A stretch of DNA of 64,000 nucleotides from Thermoanaerobaculia bacterium (GCA_049664225.1 JBATEX010000057.1:15369-79368); one strand, 5' to 3'; positions 42,085-54,680 are shown, counted from the first letter of the stretch. Notes: generated by a model not told the origin, from the letters alone. Numbers and translations are program-made.

Positions 42085-45000
42085 ATGCAAGAGAAACCAA
42101 AGCGCCGAGAACCTGACGCGCCTCAGCCTGCCACCGAGACCCCTGACACCGGTTCACCTCGCCAGACACTCGAACTGGAGGAAGTGAGGCGTCGGCTGAA
42201 GAGCGCCAGCGGACCGGAGTTCTGGCGCAGCCTGGACGAGCTGGCTCGAACACCTGAATTCGAGGAGCTCCTGCTCAGGGAGTTTCCCCAGCAGGCTGCC
42301 GAGCTGCCCCAAGGAGTCAGCCGTCGGGGCTTCCTACACCTCATGGGTGCCTCCCTGGCGCTGGGCGGTCTGACAGGTTGCACCCGGCAGCCCCTGGAGA
42401 GGATCGTCCCATACATCGAGCAGCCCGAGAGCCTGATCCCAGGCAAACCGATGTATTTCGCCTCAGCCATGCCGCTGGACGGTTTTGCCCGCCCGTTGCT
42501 GGTCGAGAGTCACATGGGGCGACCGACCAAGGTCGAAGGCAACCCCGAGCATCCGGCCAGCCGCGGTGCGAGTGACCTCTTCGCACAGGCCTCGGTTCTC
42601 GGTCTCTACGATCCCGAGCGCTCCCAGGTCTTGAGGCACAACACCCGGATCAGCACCTGGACGATTTTTGCCGACGAGTTTCAAAATACTCTCCAGGCGC
42701 TCAGCGCCCTTGGTGAGGCGCGCATTCGAATTCTCACCCGGACCGTGACTTCTCCTTCGCTGACGTCGGTGATTGCCAGGGTCAAGCAAGCCTACCCCGG
42801 CACGCGATGGCATCAGTACAGTCCTGTGAGCCGGGATACCGAGCGCCGCGGAATCGAGGCCGCATTCGGACAGACCCTTTCGGTTCGCTACGACCTGTCG
42901 CGAGCCGATGTCATTCTTAGCCTGGACTCGGATTTCCTCACGAGCGGCCCGGGCTGTCTGCAATACTCCCGCGATTTCGCCGGCCGCCGTCGTTCCCAGG
43001 ACGGCACCATGAACCGCCTCTATATGGTGGAGAGCTCCCCGACGAACACCAGTACCCTCGCCGACCATCGACTGCCGGTGCGGGCCAGTGACATCGGGTC
43101 CATTGCCGCTGCCCTGGCCGCCGAATTGGGAGTTCCAGGCGCCACGGACACCGGCGATTCCAGCGAAGCGGATCGAATAGCCTGGATCACCGCGGTCGCC
43201 GAGGATCTGAAGGCCAACCGGGGACGGTGCGCCGTCGTGCCGGGAGACTACGCCTCCAGCGAGGTGCACATCCTCGCCCACGCCATGAACGAGTGGCTGA
43301 GCAATCTCGGCAGCACTGTAATCCTCGCCGAGCCGGTCGAAGAACGCCCGGAACACGAGTCGGAGTCCATGCGCCAACTGGTGCAGGATATGGCGGCAGG
43401 CGAGGTCGACCTCCTACTGATTCTCGGCTGTAATCCGATCTACGAGACGCCGGCTGACCTCGACTTCAAGGCAGCCATGACCGAAGTCGGATATCGGGTC
43501 CATCTGGGACTCTACGAGGATGAGACAGCCGAATACTGCCACTGGCACATTCCGGAGGCTCACTACCTCGAGAGTTGGGGAGACTGCCGATCCTTCGATG
43601 GCAGCATCTGCTTGACGCAACCTCTCATCGAGCCCCTCTACGGCGGCAAGAGCGCCAGCGAGGTCTTGAGCTTGATGACCGCCGATGGAGAGAGCTCTGG
43701 GCTGGATCTCCTGACGGCGTATTGGCGCAAGAGGAGTGGCACCGAGCCGTTCGAAGGTACCTGGAGGAAATGGCTACACGACGGCTTCGTGTCCAACCAG
43801 GAGGCTCGCGAAGTCACAGCCACCCTCGCCCAAGGCGAGGTCGCGAAGGCATGCCAGAGCATCGCCGAGCTCAGCGGCTCGGAATCGGGTATCGAGCTCA
43901 TCTTCAGACCCGACCCCACAACCTATGACGGCACCTTCAACAACAACGGTTGGCTTCAAGAGTGCCCGAAACCGCTCACCAAACTGACCTGGGACAATGC
44001 CGCGCTGGTTGGCCCGGCCCTGGCCCAGCGTGAAGGCCTGGCAAACCAACAGGTGATCGAGCTGACAGTAGGCGAGCAGTCGCTCGAGCTCCCGGTGTGG
44101 ATCTTGCCAGGGCATCCGGACGGCTGCCTGACGCTTCATCTGGGCTACGGCCGATCTCGCGTCGGAAGGGTTGGCACCGGCACCGGCTTCAACGCCTACC
44201 AGCTGCGTGACAGTCACTCGCCTTGGCTGGCTGCCGAAGTCCGAATTCAGAAGACAGATCGATCCCACAGCCTGGCGAGCACTCAGCTTCACAGCAATAT
44301 CGAGCTCGAATCCCGCGAATCCGAGAAGCGCCACCTGGTGCGGGTCGGCACCCTCGAGATGTCCGAGCACGAGCCCGATTTCGCACAGCACATGGGCCAC
44401 GCTCCCTCACCGGAGCTGAGCCTGTTTCCGCCGATCGAGTACAACGGCAATGCTTGGGGCATGTCCGTCGACTTGAATGCCTGCACCGGTTGCAACGCCT
44501 GTGTGATCGCCTGCCAGGCGGAGAACAACATTCCGATCGTCGGCAAGGAGATGGTGGCCATGGGCCGCGAGATGCACTGGATGCGCATCGACCGGTACTT
44601 CGAGGGCGATTTGGACGAGCCTCACATCCACCATCAGCCGGTGATGTGCATGCACTGCGAGAAGGCCCCATGTGAAGTCGTCTGCCCTGTCCAGGCCACC
44701 GTGCACAGCGACGAAGGCCTCAACGACATGGTCTACAACCGCTGCGTCGGGACGCGATACTGCTCCAACAACTGTCCCTACAAGGTGAGGCGATTCAACT
44801 TCTTCAAGTACAACGACACCGAAACTCCAGTTCTCAAGATGTCGAGGAACCCGGATGTCACGGTGCGGACCCGCGGCGTCATGGAGAAGTGCACCTACTG
44901 CGTGCAACGCATCAATCACGGCCGCATCGAGGCCAAAAAGGAGGACCGCGAGATCCGCGACGGTGAAGTCAAGACCGCCTGCCAGCAGGTCTGCCCGGCC

Positions 45001-45177
45001 GAAGCCATCGTCTTCGGGAACATCAACGACCCCGAGGCGAAAGTCACCAAGCTGAAGGCCAGTCCTCTGAACTACAGCATCCTCGCTGAGCTGGGGACGA
45101 TTCCTCGCACCAGCTATCTCGCCAAGCTGCGCAATCCGAACCACGACCTGGAGAAGGCACGAAATGAAGGCGTCTGA
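42085..45177 (+). CDS. actB: Alternative Complex III subunit ActB (molybdopterin-oxidoreductase-like domain fused to 4Fe-4S ferredoxin domain)
   Basis: Tat leader SRRGFLHLMGASLALGGLTGC. Fe-S motifs CTGCNACVIACQAENN, CMHCEKAPCEVVCP and CVGTRYCSNNCPYKVRRFN. Confidence 0.9.
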   Translation: MQEKPKRREPDAPQPATETPDTGSPRQTLELEEVRRRLKSASGPEFWRSLDELARTPEFEELLLREFPQQAAELPQGVSRRGFLHLMGASLALGGLTGCTRQPLERIVPYIEQPESLIPGKPMYFASAMPLDGFARPLLVESHMGRPTKVEGNPEHPASRGASDLFAQASVLGLYDPERSQVLRHNTRISTWTIFADEFQNTLQALSALGEARIRILTRTVTSPSLTSVIARVKQAYPGTRWHQYSPVSRDTERRGIEAAFGQTLSVRYDLSRADVILSLDSDFLTSGPGCLQYSRDFAGRRRSQDGTMNRLYMVESSPTNTSTLADHRLPVRASDIGSIAAALAAELGVPGATDTGDSSEADRIAWITAVAEDLKANRGRCAVVPGDYASSEVHILAHAMNEWLSNLGSTVILAEPVEERPEHESESMRQLVQDMAAGEVDLLLILGCNPIYETPADLDFKAAMTEVGYRVHLGLYEDETAEYCHWHIPEAHYLESWGDCRSFDGSICLTQPLIEPLYGGKSASEVLSLMTADGESSGLDLLTAYWRKRSGTEPFEGTWRKWLHDGFVSNQEAREVTATLAQGEVAKACQSIAELSGSESGIELIFRPDPTTYDGTFNNNGWLQECPKPLTKLTWDNAALVGPALAQREGLANQQVIELTVGEQSLELPVWILPGHPDGCLTLHLGYGRSRVGRVGTGTGFNAYQLRDSHSPWLAAEVRIQKTDRSHSLASTQLHSNIELESRESEKRHLVRVGTLEMSEHEPDFAQHMGHAPSPELSLFPPIEYNGNAWGMSVDLNACTGCNACVIACQAENNIPIVGKEMVAMGREMHWMRIDRYFEGDLDEPHIHHQPVMCMHCEKAPCEVVCPVQATVHSDEGLNDMVYNRCVGTRYCSNNCPYKVRRFNFFKYNDTETPVLKMSRNPDVTVRTRGVMEKCTYCVQRINHGRIEAKKEDREIRDGEVKTACQQVCPAEAIVFGNINDPEAKVTKLKASPLNYSILAELGTIPRTSYLAKLRNPNHDLEKARNEGV

Positions 45178-46561
45178 AGGATTCCAGACCTCGGGGGCCA
45201 AGCCGTCGAAGCCACCCATCGTGGCGCCGGGCCATTCCCCGGGATCGGTGACCGATCAAATCACCGCGGTGGTCCTGAGCAAGACTCCCAGATGGTGGTG
45301 GGTCGCCTTCGGTTTCTCCTTCCTACTGGTTCTGCTGCTTCTGCAGGCGCTCACCAAGCTGATCTTCGAAGGTACGGGAATCTGGGGACTCAACATCCCT
45401 GTGGGTTGGGGCTTCGCCATCATCAACTTCGTCTGGTGGATCGGTATCGGACACGCTGGCACGCTCATTTCGGCCATCCTGCTCCTGGTGCGGCAGGAGT
45501 GGCGAACTTCGATCAACCGATTCGCCGAGGCCATGACCCTGTTCGCCGTGGCTTGCGCTGGAATCTTCCCGCTGATTCACGTCGGCCGGCCCTGGCTCGC
45601 CTATTGGCTGCTGCCCTATCCCAACACGATGGATCTGTGGCCGCAGTTCAGGAGCCCTTTGGTCTGGGACGTCTTTGCGGTCTCGACCTACGCCACGGTC
45701 TCTCTGCTCTTCTGGTACGTCGGGTTGATTCCCGACATGGCGACCTTGCGAGACCGTGCTCAGGGCCAGTTTGCCAAGATTGCCTACGGCTTTCTCTCCA
45801 TGGGTTGGCGCGGATCGGCGACCCACTGGCACAACTATGAGACCGCATATCTGCTCCTGGCGGGGCTGGCTACACCCTTGGTGGTCTCGGTTCACACGGT
45901 GGTGAGCTTCGACTTCGCGGTCGGGCAGCTTCCAGGCTGGCACGCCACGATCTTTCCCCCCTATTTCGTCGCCGGGGCCATCTTCGCCGGCTTCGCGATG
46001 GTCATCACGCTGGCCGTGCCCCTGAGATCGTTGTTCGGGCTGAAGGATTTCATCACGACCCGACATTTGCAGAACATGGGCAAGATCCTCCTGGCCACCG
46101 GCCTGATCGTCGCCTACGGCTACCTGGTCGAGATCTTCATGGCCTGGTACAGCGGCAACTGGTTCGAGCAGTTCATGATCTTGAATCGCATACAGGGCCC
46201 CTACCAGAAGCAGTGGATGGCCCTTCTTCTTTGCAACGTCCTGGCGCCGCAGTTGCTGTGGTTCCGCCGGGTGCGCTCCTCTCCCCTGCTGCTCTTTCTG
46301 GTGGCCATGTTCGTCAACGTCGGCATGTGGCTGGAGCGCTTCGTCATCGTGGTGACCAGTCTCCACCGCGACTTTCTGCCCTCTTCTTGGGGCATGTACT
46401 CCGGCACGGTCTGGGACTGGGCGACGTTCGTCGGCACGATCGGGCTGTTTCTGGCGCTGTTGTTCCTGTTCATCCGGTTCCTACCGATCATCTCGATCTT
46501 CGAGATGCGGACCATAGTGCCCAAGCAGGCCACGGATGCGGCTGAGGAGGCTTCGGAGTGA
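45164..46561 (+). CDS. actC: Alternative Complex III membrane subunit ActC (NrfD/PsrC-like)
   Basis: 465 aa polytopic NrfD-like protein directly after actB. Confidence 0.85.
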   Translation: MKASEGFQTSGAKPSKPPIVAPGHSPGSVTDQITAVVLSKTPRWWWVAFGFSFLLVLLLLQALTKLIFEGTGIWGLNIPVGWGFAIINFVWWIGIGHAGTLISAILLLVRQEWRTSINRFAEAMTLFAVACAGIFPLIHVGRPWLAYWLLPYPNTMDLWPQFRSPLVWDVFAVSTYATVSLLFWYVGLIPDMATLRDRAQGQFAKIAYGFLSMGWRGSATHWHNYETAYLLLAGLATPLVVSVHTVVSFDFAVGQLPGWHATIFPPYFVAGAIFAGFAMVITLAVPLRSLFGLKDFITTRHLQNMGKILLATGLIVAYGYLVEIFMAWYSGNWFEQFMILNRIQGPYQKQWMALLLCNVLAPQLLWFRRVRSSPLLLFLVAMFVNVGMWLERFVIVVTSLHRDFLPSSWGMYSGTVWDWATFVGTIGLFLALLFLFIRFLPIISIFEMRTIVPKQATDAAEEASE

Positions 46562-47106
46562 GCACACCGCCCACAGTCAAGAGATCCTTCGCCTTGATGG
46601 CCGAGTTCCGTTCCTCGAAGGAGCTAGTCGATGCGATCCGTCAAGCGCACGGCGCCGGCTACACGCAACTGGAGGCCTACACTCCCTATCCGATCGAAGA
46701 GGTCTGGGAGGAGCTCGGGCACCATCGCTCTTGGCTGCCGCTCATCGTCCTGATCGGTGGGATCTTCGGTGCCTGCTTCGGCTTCTTCATGCAGTACTGG
46801 GTCTCGGTGATCAATTACCCCATGAACGTCGGTGGCAGGCCGCTGAATAGCTGGGTTGCCTTCATTCCCGTCACTTTCGAGACGACGATTCTGTTCGCGG
46901 CCGGTGCTGCTGTCCTAGGCATGTTCGCCCTCAACAAGCTGCCCATGCCCTACCACCCGGTGTTCAACGTCGAGCGTTTCGCTCTGGCATCACGAGACCG
47001 GTACTTCCTGGCTATCGCCCGCTGGGATCCGCAGTTCGACCGCCAGGCTACCGAGGAGTTCCTGCATCGACTCGCGCCTCAGGAGGTATCGGAAGTTGCG
47101 AGCTAA
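46558..47106 (+). CDS. actD: Alternative Complex III subunit ActD (DUF3341)
   Basis: 182 aa. FRSSKELVDAIRQAHGAGYTQLEAYTPYPIEEV plus two TM segments, typical of DUF3341/ActD. Confidence 0.8.
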   Translation: MSTPPTVKRSFALMAEFRSSKELVDAIRQAHGAGYTQLEAYTPYPIEEVWEELGHHRSWLPLIVLIGGIFGACFGFFMQYWVSVINYPMNVGGRPLNSWVAFIPVTFETTILFAAGAAVLGMFALNKLPMPYHPVFNVERFALASRDRYFLAIARWDPQFDRQATEEFLHRLAPQEVSEVAS

Positions 47107-47716
47107 TTGGACTGTGACCCTGATCGTGATAGCAGTAGCTCTGACGAGCGGAGCCTGCCGGCAGGATATGCACGATTCAGCTAGATACGAGCCACTCGAA
47201 GAAAGCTCGTTCTTCGACAACGGCATGGCCTCCCGTCCGCTGGTTGAGGGAACGATCGCCCGCGAGATGCCGCCAGAGAAGACTCCTTTCTACACTGGCC
47301 GCATGATGAACGACGAGTTCCTGACCGAGCTACCGATGGAGCTGGATCGCGAGCTGCTCGACCGAGGCCGCGGTCGCTTCGACGCCTTCTGCTCTCCCTG
47401 CCACGGCCAGACCGGAGACGGGCTGGGGATGATCGTCCGGCGTGGCTTCAAGCAACCGACCTCCTTCCACGATCAGCGACTCCGCGAAAGTCCTGTCGGC
47501 TACTACTTCGATGTCATGTCCAACGGCTTCGGTCAGATGTCGAGCTACGCATCTCAGATTCCGGCACAAGACCGGTGGGCCATCGCCGCCTACATTTCAG
47601 CCCTGCAGCTCAGCCAGAACATCCCGGTTGACAGCCTCTCTGCCGAGGAACAGCAGCAGTTGGACGATTCAAGAGGGATCAGCGCAGAGGCGCACCCGAG
47701 GACCGAAGAGGAATGA
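47096..47716 (+). CDS. actE: Alternative Complex III monoheme cytochrome c lipoprotein ActE
   Basis: Lipobox LTSGAC and a single CSPCHG heme motif. Confidence 0.8.
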   Translation: MRANWTVTLIVIAVALTSGACRQDMHDSARYEPLEESSFFDNGMASRPLVEGTIAREMPPEKTPFYTGRMMNDEFLTELPMELDRELLDRGRGRFDAFCSPCHGQTGDGLGMIVRRGFKQPTSFHDQRLRESPVGYYFDVMSNGFGQMSSYASQIPAQDRWAIAAYISALQLSQNIPVDSLSAEEQQQLDDSRGISAEAHPRTEEE

Positions 47717-48906
47717 GCGCTTCACACAGCAACTCGACCGTCGCCTCGTACGAGCCGCCGGCCGACCTCGAGAGGCTGCAACGTCGAGGGTGGATCTTCG
47801 GCGCAGTCGGGGTGGCAGCTTGCCTGGCTGGGTGGGCTTTGAACCCCATCCAGTTCTTCCAGTCCTATCTGGTCGCATGGCTTTTCTGGCTGGGTATCGC
47901 AGTCGGCTCCCTTGCCGTCCTGATGCTCCAATATTTGACGGGCGGACGCTGGGGCCTGATGATCCGTCGAACTCTCGAGGCCGCGACTCGAACGCTTCCC
48001 GCCTTGGGCGTTCTGTTCCTGCCCATCGTCTTCGGGATGCAGACGATCTTTGCGTGGGCTCGACCCGAAGCCGCCACCGACGAATTGATTCGACAAAAAG
48101 CCGCCTATCTGAACCCAACGAGCTTCACACTGCGCGGCTTCTTGTACCTCGCCATCTGGGCCCTGTTCGCCTTCATCCTGAGCTGGCTTTCACTCAAGCA
48201 GGATCGAACTGCGGAGCCAGGCCTTTCCCGACGCATGCAGATGGTGGCCGCACCGGGCCTGGCCATCTACTGTCTGCTGGCCACTTTCGCTTCCGTGGAC
48301 TGGCTCATGTCGCTGGATCCCCACTGGTACTCGAGTGTGTTCGGGGTCTACTTCATTGTCGGGCAGGGCTTGTCGGCTCTGGCATTTCTCATTGTGATGG
48401 CGGTCTACCTGTCGCAGCGGGAGCCCATGGGGGCCGTGTTCAGACCGCTCCAGTTCCACGACTACGGCAAGTTGATGCTGGCCTTCGTCATGCTCTGGGC
48501 CTACATCGCCTTCTCTCAGTTGCTCATCATCTGGTCGGCGAATCTGCCGGAAGAGGTGGGTTGGTACCTAGAGAGAAGCTACGGAGCCTGGAAGTACGTT
48601 GCGATCCTGCTGGCTCTCTTCCATTTCTTGCTGCCGTTCGTGCTGCTGCTCTCGAGAGATTTGAAACGCGACGCCAGGCGGCTGTCGAGAGTTGCGATAC
48701 TGGTGCTGTGCATGCGGTTTGTCGACCTCTACTGGCTGGCCGCACCCTCCTTCGGCCATGAGGGCCTGTTATTTCACTGGCTCGACCTGGCGACAGTCCT
48801 CGCTGTCGGTGGCGTCTGGTTCGCCCTGTTCACGGGTCAGCTGAGACGACGTCCACTCCTGCCGATCAACGATCCCCTCCTCGAGGAGGCGCTGGCAGAT
48901 GACTGA
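47713..48906 (+). CDS. actF: Alternative Complex III membrane subunit ActF (NrfD-like)
   Basis: 397 aa polytopic paralog-like membrane protein following actE, with a 4-nt overlap. Confidence 0.8.
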   Translation: MSASHSNSTVASYEPPADLERLQRRGWIFGAVGVAACLAGWALNPIQFFQSYLVAWLFWLGIAVGSLAVLMLQYLTGGRWGLMIRRTLEAATRTLPALGVLFLPIVFGMQTIFAWARPEAATDELIRQKAAYLNPTSFTLRGFLYLAIWALFAFILSWLSLKQDRTAEPGLSRRMQMVAAPGLAIYCLLATFASVDWLMSLDPHWYSSVFGVYFIVGQGLSALAFLIVMAVYLSQREPMGAVFRPLQFHDYGKLMLAFVMLWAYIAFSQLLIIWSANLPEEVGWYLERSYGAWKYVAILLALFHFLLPFVLLLSRDLKRDARRLSRVAILVLCMRFVDLYWLAAPSFGHEGLLFHWLDLATVLAVGGVWFALFTGQLRRRPLLPINDPLLEEALADD

Positions 48907-49333
48907 AGCACAGCATCCCCATACGAGCTCGGAGAAGGAACCGATGCTCGACGGCGAGCTGAATGTTCGAAGCCTTTCCTGGTTGACGATAGGTCTGTTG
49001 GTCATCGTGGCGATCGCTGTCGTCGCGATGTGGTTCTTCGGCTTAGGAATCAAGGACAACCTGATCGCAGAGGATCCACCCCCGCCGGTCTTACCGGAAG
49101 CGCGAATGGAGCACCAGCCGCCGGCCCCCAATCTGCAAGTCGACCCGCGGCAGCAACTGCTCGATCTCCGCGCGGATGCAGAGAGGGAATTGACAACCTA
49201 CGGCTGGGTCGACGAGACCAACGGCCTGACGCGCGTGCCGATCGATCGGGCCCTGGACCTGCTGATCGAGCAGGGTCTGCCGACTCCGACAGCTGTCCCC
49301 GAGGCGCCAGAAGAAGCGTTGACAGGAATCTGA
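48899..49333 (+). CDS. single-TM protein in the ActG position
   Basis: 144 aa with one TM segment (LSWLTIGLLVIVAIAVVAMWFF). The call rests on position in the operon; I see no diagnostic motif. Confidence 0.5.
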   Translation: MTEAQHPHTSSEKEPMLDGELNVRSLSWLTIGLLVIVAIAVVAMWFFGLGIKDNLIAEDPPPPVLPEARMEHQPPAPNLQVDPRQQLLDLRADAERELTTYGWVDETNGLTRVPIDRALDLLIEQGLPTPTAVPEAPEEALTGI

Positions 49334-49334
49334 A

Positions 49335-50156
49335 TTGCGACGACGCCTCCATCTCTCTGCCACCCTGGTGGTTGCCGGCCTCTTGACTGGAGGTTCGAGT
49401 AGCCTCGCTCAGGAGGGCCTGCCAGGCCCATTGGCCGACGTGGGTTTCGATCAGCGCCTGGGGGAGCAGGTACCCCTCGACCTGCAGTTCACCGACGAGA
49501 CTGGACAGACGGTCGCGCTTGAGCGCTATTTCGGCCAAAGACCCGTTGTTCTAGCCCTGGTCTACTACGAATGCCCGATGCTCTGCTCGATGGTGCTCAA
49601 CGGCATGATCAGCAGCTTGAGAGCCCTGAAATTCGACGCCGGCAGCGAATTCGAAGTGGTGGTAGTGAGCTTCGACCCAAGTGAGACTCCCGAGCTGGCT
49701 CGCACAGCGAAGCAGACCTATCTGGAGCGCTATGACAGGCCGGGAGCCGAGGCTGGCTGGCACTTCCTTACCGGCAATGAGCAGTCGATCCTGGCCCTGA
49801 CGCGAAGTGTCGGTTTCCGCTACGTCTACCTCCCTGAAGAAGATCAGTTCGCCCACGCTGCAGGGATCCTGGCCCTGACCCCTGGAGGGCGGGTCGCTCG
49901 CTACTACTACGGCGTGGAATATGCCCCCCGTGACGTTCGCCTCGGACTCATCGAGGCGGCCGACAACCAGATCGGCTCGATGGTGGATAAGGTGCTTCTC
50001 TACTGCTTCCACTACGATCCGACGACCGGAAAGTACAGTGCGGTGGCGATGAACATTGTGCGCCTGGCAGCACTAGTCACCATCGCCCTCCTCGGCCTCT
50101 TCCTGCTTCGGCAATGGCGGCGAGAGCGACGACACCTGCATAGAGCGAAGGCATAG
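49335..50156 (+). CDS. SCO1/SenC family protein
   Basis: TTG start, signal peptide, CxxxC motif YYECPMLCS, conserved His in FAHAAG, and a C-terminal TM segment. Confidence 0.85.
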   Translation: MRRRLHLSATLVVAGLLTGGSSSLAQEGLPGPLADVGFDQRLGEQVPLDLQFTDETGQTVALERYFGQRPVVLALVYYECPMLCSMVLNGMISSLRALKFDAGSEFEVVVVSFDPSETPELARTAKQTYLERYDRPGAEAGWHFLTGNEQSILALTRSVGFRYVYLPEEDQFAHAAGILALTPGGRVARYYYGVEYAPRDVRLGLIEAADNQIGSMVDKVLLYCFHYDPTTGKYSAVAMNIVRLAALVTIALLGLFLLRQWRRERRHLHRAKA

Positions 50157-50161
50157 AGACG

Positions 50162-51153
50162 ATGTGGAAGAACGTCCCACTTTTCCCTGAACAAGCCTCG
50201 ACCCTGGCAGGCGAGGTGGACGCCCTCTACTTCACCTTTCTGGGGATCTCGGTCTTCTTTGGCCTGTTGGTCGCAGGACTGGTGGTCTTCTTCGCCATCC
50301 GATTTCGGCGGCGGTCCGAGGACGAGATCGGCCGGCCCGAGAAGGCCGGCATTTGGCTCGAGGTCACCTGGTCGGTAGTTCCACTCGCCATCCTTCTCAC
50401 CATGTTCGCCTGGGGAGCCAAGGTCTATGTCGAGGCTTTTCGACCTCCGGGCAACGCTGTCGAGTACTTCGTTACCGCCAAGCAGTGGATGTGGAAGTTC
50501 CAGCATCCCCAAGGCAACCGCGAGATCAACGTCCTCCACGTGCCGCTCGGTCAGCCGATCCGGCTGACGATGACCTCCGAGGACGTCATTCACTCCTTCT
50601 TTGTGCCTGCCTTCCGTGTGAAGGCCGACGTCCTGCCCGGCCGCTACACGACCGTCTGGTTCGAGGCCAGTAAGGTGGGTACGTTTCATCTGTTTTGTGC
50701 GGAGTATTGCGGTGCCGAGCATTCCGTGATGGGTGGCGATATCGTCGTCATGAATCCCGCGGACTACGAGTTGTGGCTCGCTGGGCGCGACTCGGGTCCC
50801 TCCGTAGTCGCCTCCGGAGAAGAGCTGTTCCGGGTCAAGGCCTGCAACACTTGCCACCGACCGGATTCGGCGACTCTGGCCCCCATCCTGCACGGTATTT
50901 TCGGCGAAGAGGCGGAATTCCAAGACGGCAGCACCCAAATCGTGGACGAGAACTACCTCCGAGAGTCCATCCTGAACCCGACAGCCAAGCTGGTGAAGGG
51001 CTACAAGCCGTTGATGCCGACCTACAAGGGTCAGCTCACGGAGGAAGAAGTCCTGCAACTCATTGGCTACATCAAATCACTTGCTTCCGATGCGACCGAA
51101 AGCCAGGGAACGGTACCCGCTAGCGGCTCACCAGCCCTGGATTCCGACGAAGG

Positions 51154-51157
<4 letters not shown>
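50162..51157 (+). CDS. ctaC: cytochrome c oxidase subunit II with fused C-terminal cytochrome c (caa3-type)
   Basis: CuA site VIHSFFVP ... [12 protein letters not shown]. The C-terminal domain carries CNTCH. Confidence 0.9.
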
Positions 51158-52788
<1,631 letters not shown>

Positions 52789-52827
52789 TGGAGCACCAGC
52801 AGACACTCCGTGGAGAGGACAGGATCT

Positions 52828-53490
52828 ATGCAGGGTGAATCCAACGAAGCCTGGGGTCTGGCCCATCATTTCGACAGCTACGATCAGCAGCGCGAGGCCT
52901 CCTATCTAGGAATGTGGGTCTTCCTGGTCACGGAGATCATGTTCTTCGGCGGCCTGTTCACCGCCTACATCGTTTACCGCTCGGGTTCGGGAGCGGCGTT
53001 CGCCATGGGTAGCCATGAGCTCGACATCACCCTCGGGGCCATCAACACTGCGGTTCTCATCGGCAGCAGCCTGACAATGGCGTTGGCCGTATGGGCAGCC
53101 CAGACCGGGCGACGCAAGGCCATCGTTGGCTTCATCCTGGCAACCATCCTGCTTGGAGGGATTTTTCTGGGGATCAAGGTCGTCGAGTACAGCGCCAAGT
53201 TCGAGCATCACCTCGTTCCTGGGCCCGACTTCCACTGGAATGGACCAGAGGCTCCCGGAGTCGAGATGTTCTTCAATCTCTACTTCCTCTTGACGGGCCT
53301 GCATGCCGCCCACATGGTGATCGGAATCGGCATCCTCCTGGTGGTGGCGGTACTGGCCTGGAGAGGCACCTTCACACCGGAGAATCACAATCTGGTGGAG
53401 GGCATTGGCCTCTACTGGCACTTCGTGGATATCGTGTGGATCTTCCTCTTCCCACTGCTTTACCTGCTGGGCCGGAACATCCAGGTCTGA
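52828..53490 (+). CDS. ctaE: cytochrome c oxidase subunit III
   Basis: Ends [23 protein letters not shown] prefer the ATG at 52828; the ORF track GTG at 52810 is possible. Confidence 0.9.
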   Translation: MQGESNEAWGLAHHFDSYDQQREASYLGMWVFLVTEIMFFGGLFTAYIVYRSGSGAAFAMGSHELDITLGAINTAVLIGSSLTMALAVWAAQTGRRKAIVGFILATILLGGIFLGIKVVEYSAKFEHHLVPGPDFHWNGPEAPGVEMFFNLYFLLTGLHAAHMVIGIGILLVVAVLAWRGTFTPENHNLVEGIGLYWHFVDIVWIFLFPLLYLLGRNIQV

Positions 53491-53504
53491 GAAGGGGTCG
53501 CAAT

Positions 53505-53810
53505 ATGTCGGAATACGTCACATCGGTCCGCACCTATCTGGTCATCTTCCTGGCCCTCATGGTGCTTACCGCCATCACCGTCGCAGTGGCGTTTCTGCAT
53601 CTGGGGCCCTTGAACGACATCGCGGCGATGGGTATCGCGATCACCAAGGCATGCCTCGTCATCCTCTACTTCATGCATGTGCGCCACAGCAGCCGCTTGA
53701 CCAAGGTGGTCGTGGTCGCCGGCTTTCTCTGGCTTCTCTTCTTGATCGGGTTCACCATGAGCGACTACCTCACCCGCGGATTGATCTCGATGCAGGGCAC
53801 CGTCGGCTGA
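53505..53810 (+). CDS. cytochrome c oxidase subunit IV (prokaryotic COX4 family)
   Basis: Internal ATG of track ORF 53091..53810. MSEYVTSVRTYLVIFLALMVLTAITVAVAF ... LVILYFMHV, 101 aa, 3 TM segments. It parallels the subunit IV at 17038..17337. Confidence 0.8.
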   Translation: MSEYVTSVRTYLVIFLALMVLTAITVAVAFLHLGPLNDIAAMGIAITKACLVILYFMHVRHSSRLTKVVVVAGFLWLLFLIGFTMSDYLTRGLISMQGTVG

Positions 53811-53839
53811 GAGACAAGACTTACGACAGCAGCTTCTCG

Positions 53840-53863
53840 GCGGCCGCTCGATCGAGCGGCCGC
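53840..53863 (+). terminator. 24-bp perfect palindrome after the act-cox operon (candidate terminator)
   Basis: GCGGCCGCTCGA/TCGAGCGGCCGC lies 30 nt after the subunit IV stop and is followed by TGTGCTCTTG. The T-tract is weak. Confidence 0.5.
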
Positions 53864-53978
53864 TGTGCTCTTGAACAGACCTCCAAGAGGGGGCCCGAAG
53901 TCCCGCCGGGACTCGGGTAAGATCGATCGGGGCGGAAGCGAGACAAAGGGGCTGGCTCATCCAAGTGCGAGAGCAGCG

Positions 53979-54680
53979 ATGAAGACACTGGGACTACTCG
54001 GTGGCATGAGTTGGGAGTCGACGGTTCCCTACTACAAGATCATCAACCGCACCGTCAACCAATACCTCGGTGGTCTTCACTCGGCTGAGATCCTCCTCTA
54101 CAGCGTCGACTTCCAGCAGATCGAGGAGATGCAGGTGGCCGGACGGTGGTCCGAGGCGGCTGAAGTTCTGACCTCGGGAGCGTGTCGATTGGAGAAGGCC
54201 GGGGCTGACCTGCTGGTGCTCTGCACCAACACCATGCACAAGGTGGCCAGCGAAATCGAGGCCGCAACCTCCATTCCGTTTCTCCACATCGCCGATGCCA
54301 CTGGTGACGCCATTCGCTATCGGGGCCTGAGTGTCGTCGGTCTGCTGGGCACCCGCTTCACCATGGAAGAGACCTTCTATCGCCACCGCCTCGAGGATCG
54401 CTATGGCCTGCACGTGGTGACCCCTGAAGAGTCGGACAGGGGGCTCGTCCATCGGGTGATCTACGATGAGCTGTGCCGCGGGCAGATCCTGGAGGAGTCC
54501 CGACGGCAGTACAGGAAGATCCTCCACCGTCTGGCCGCCTCGGGTGCAGAGGGCATCATTCTGGGGTGCACGGAGATCTCCCTCCTGGTCAGGCCCGAGG
54601 ACTCCCCGGTTCCTCTCTTCGACACCACCGAAATCCACGCCCGGCGTGCAGCCGAGCTGGCCCTGGAGTCGGAATCCTAG
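53979..54680 (+). CDS. aspartate/glutamate racemase family protein
   Basis: MKTLGLLGGMSWESTVPYYKIIN, with the two catalytic Cys contexts LVLCTNTMH and ILGCTEISLL. Confidence 0.85.
   Translation: MKTLGLLGGMSWESTVPYYKIINRTVNQYLGGLHSAEILLYSVDFQQIEEMQVAGRWSEAAEVLTSGACRLEKAGADLLVLCTNTMHKVASEIEAATSIPFLHIADATGDAIRYRGLSVVGLLGTRFTMEETFYRHRLEDRYGLHVVTPEESDRGLVHRVIYDELCRGQILEESRRQYRKILHRLAASGAEGIILGCTEISLLVRPEDSPVPLFDTTEIHARRAAELALESES

Noticed and set aside
45323-46366. 347-aa minus-strand ORF
   Set aside because: It is antisense to actC, highly charged and H/D/E/G/Q-rich, with no hydrophobic core. It is a shadow ORF.
50012-51058. 348-aa minus-strand ORF
   Set aside because: It is antisense to the SCO and coxII genes, which carry clear CxxxC, CuA and heme c motifs.
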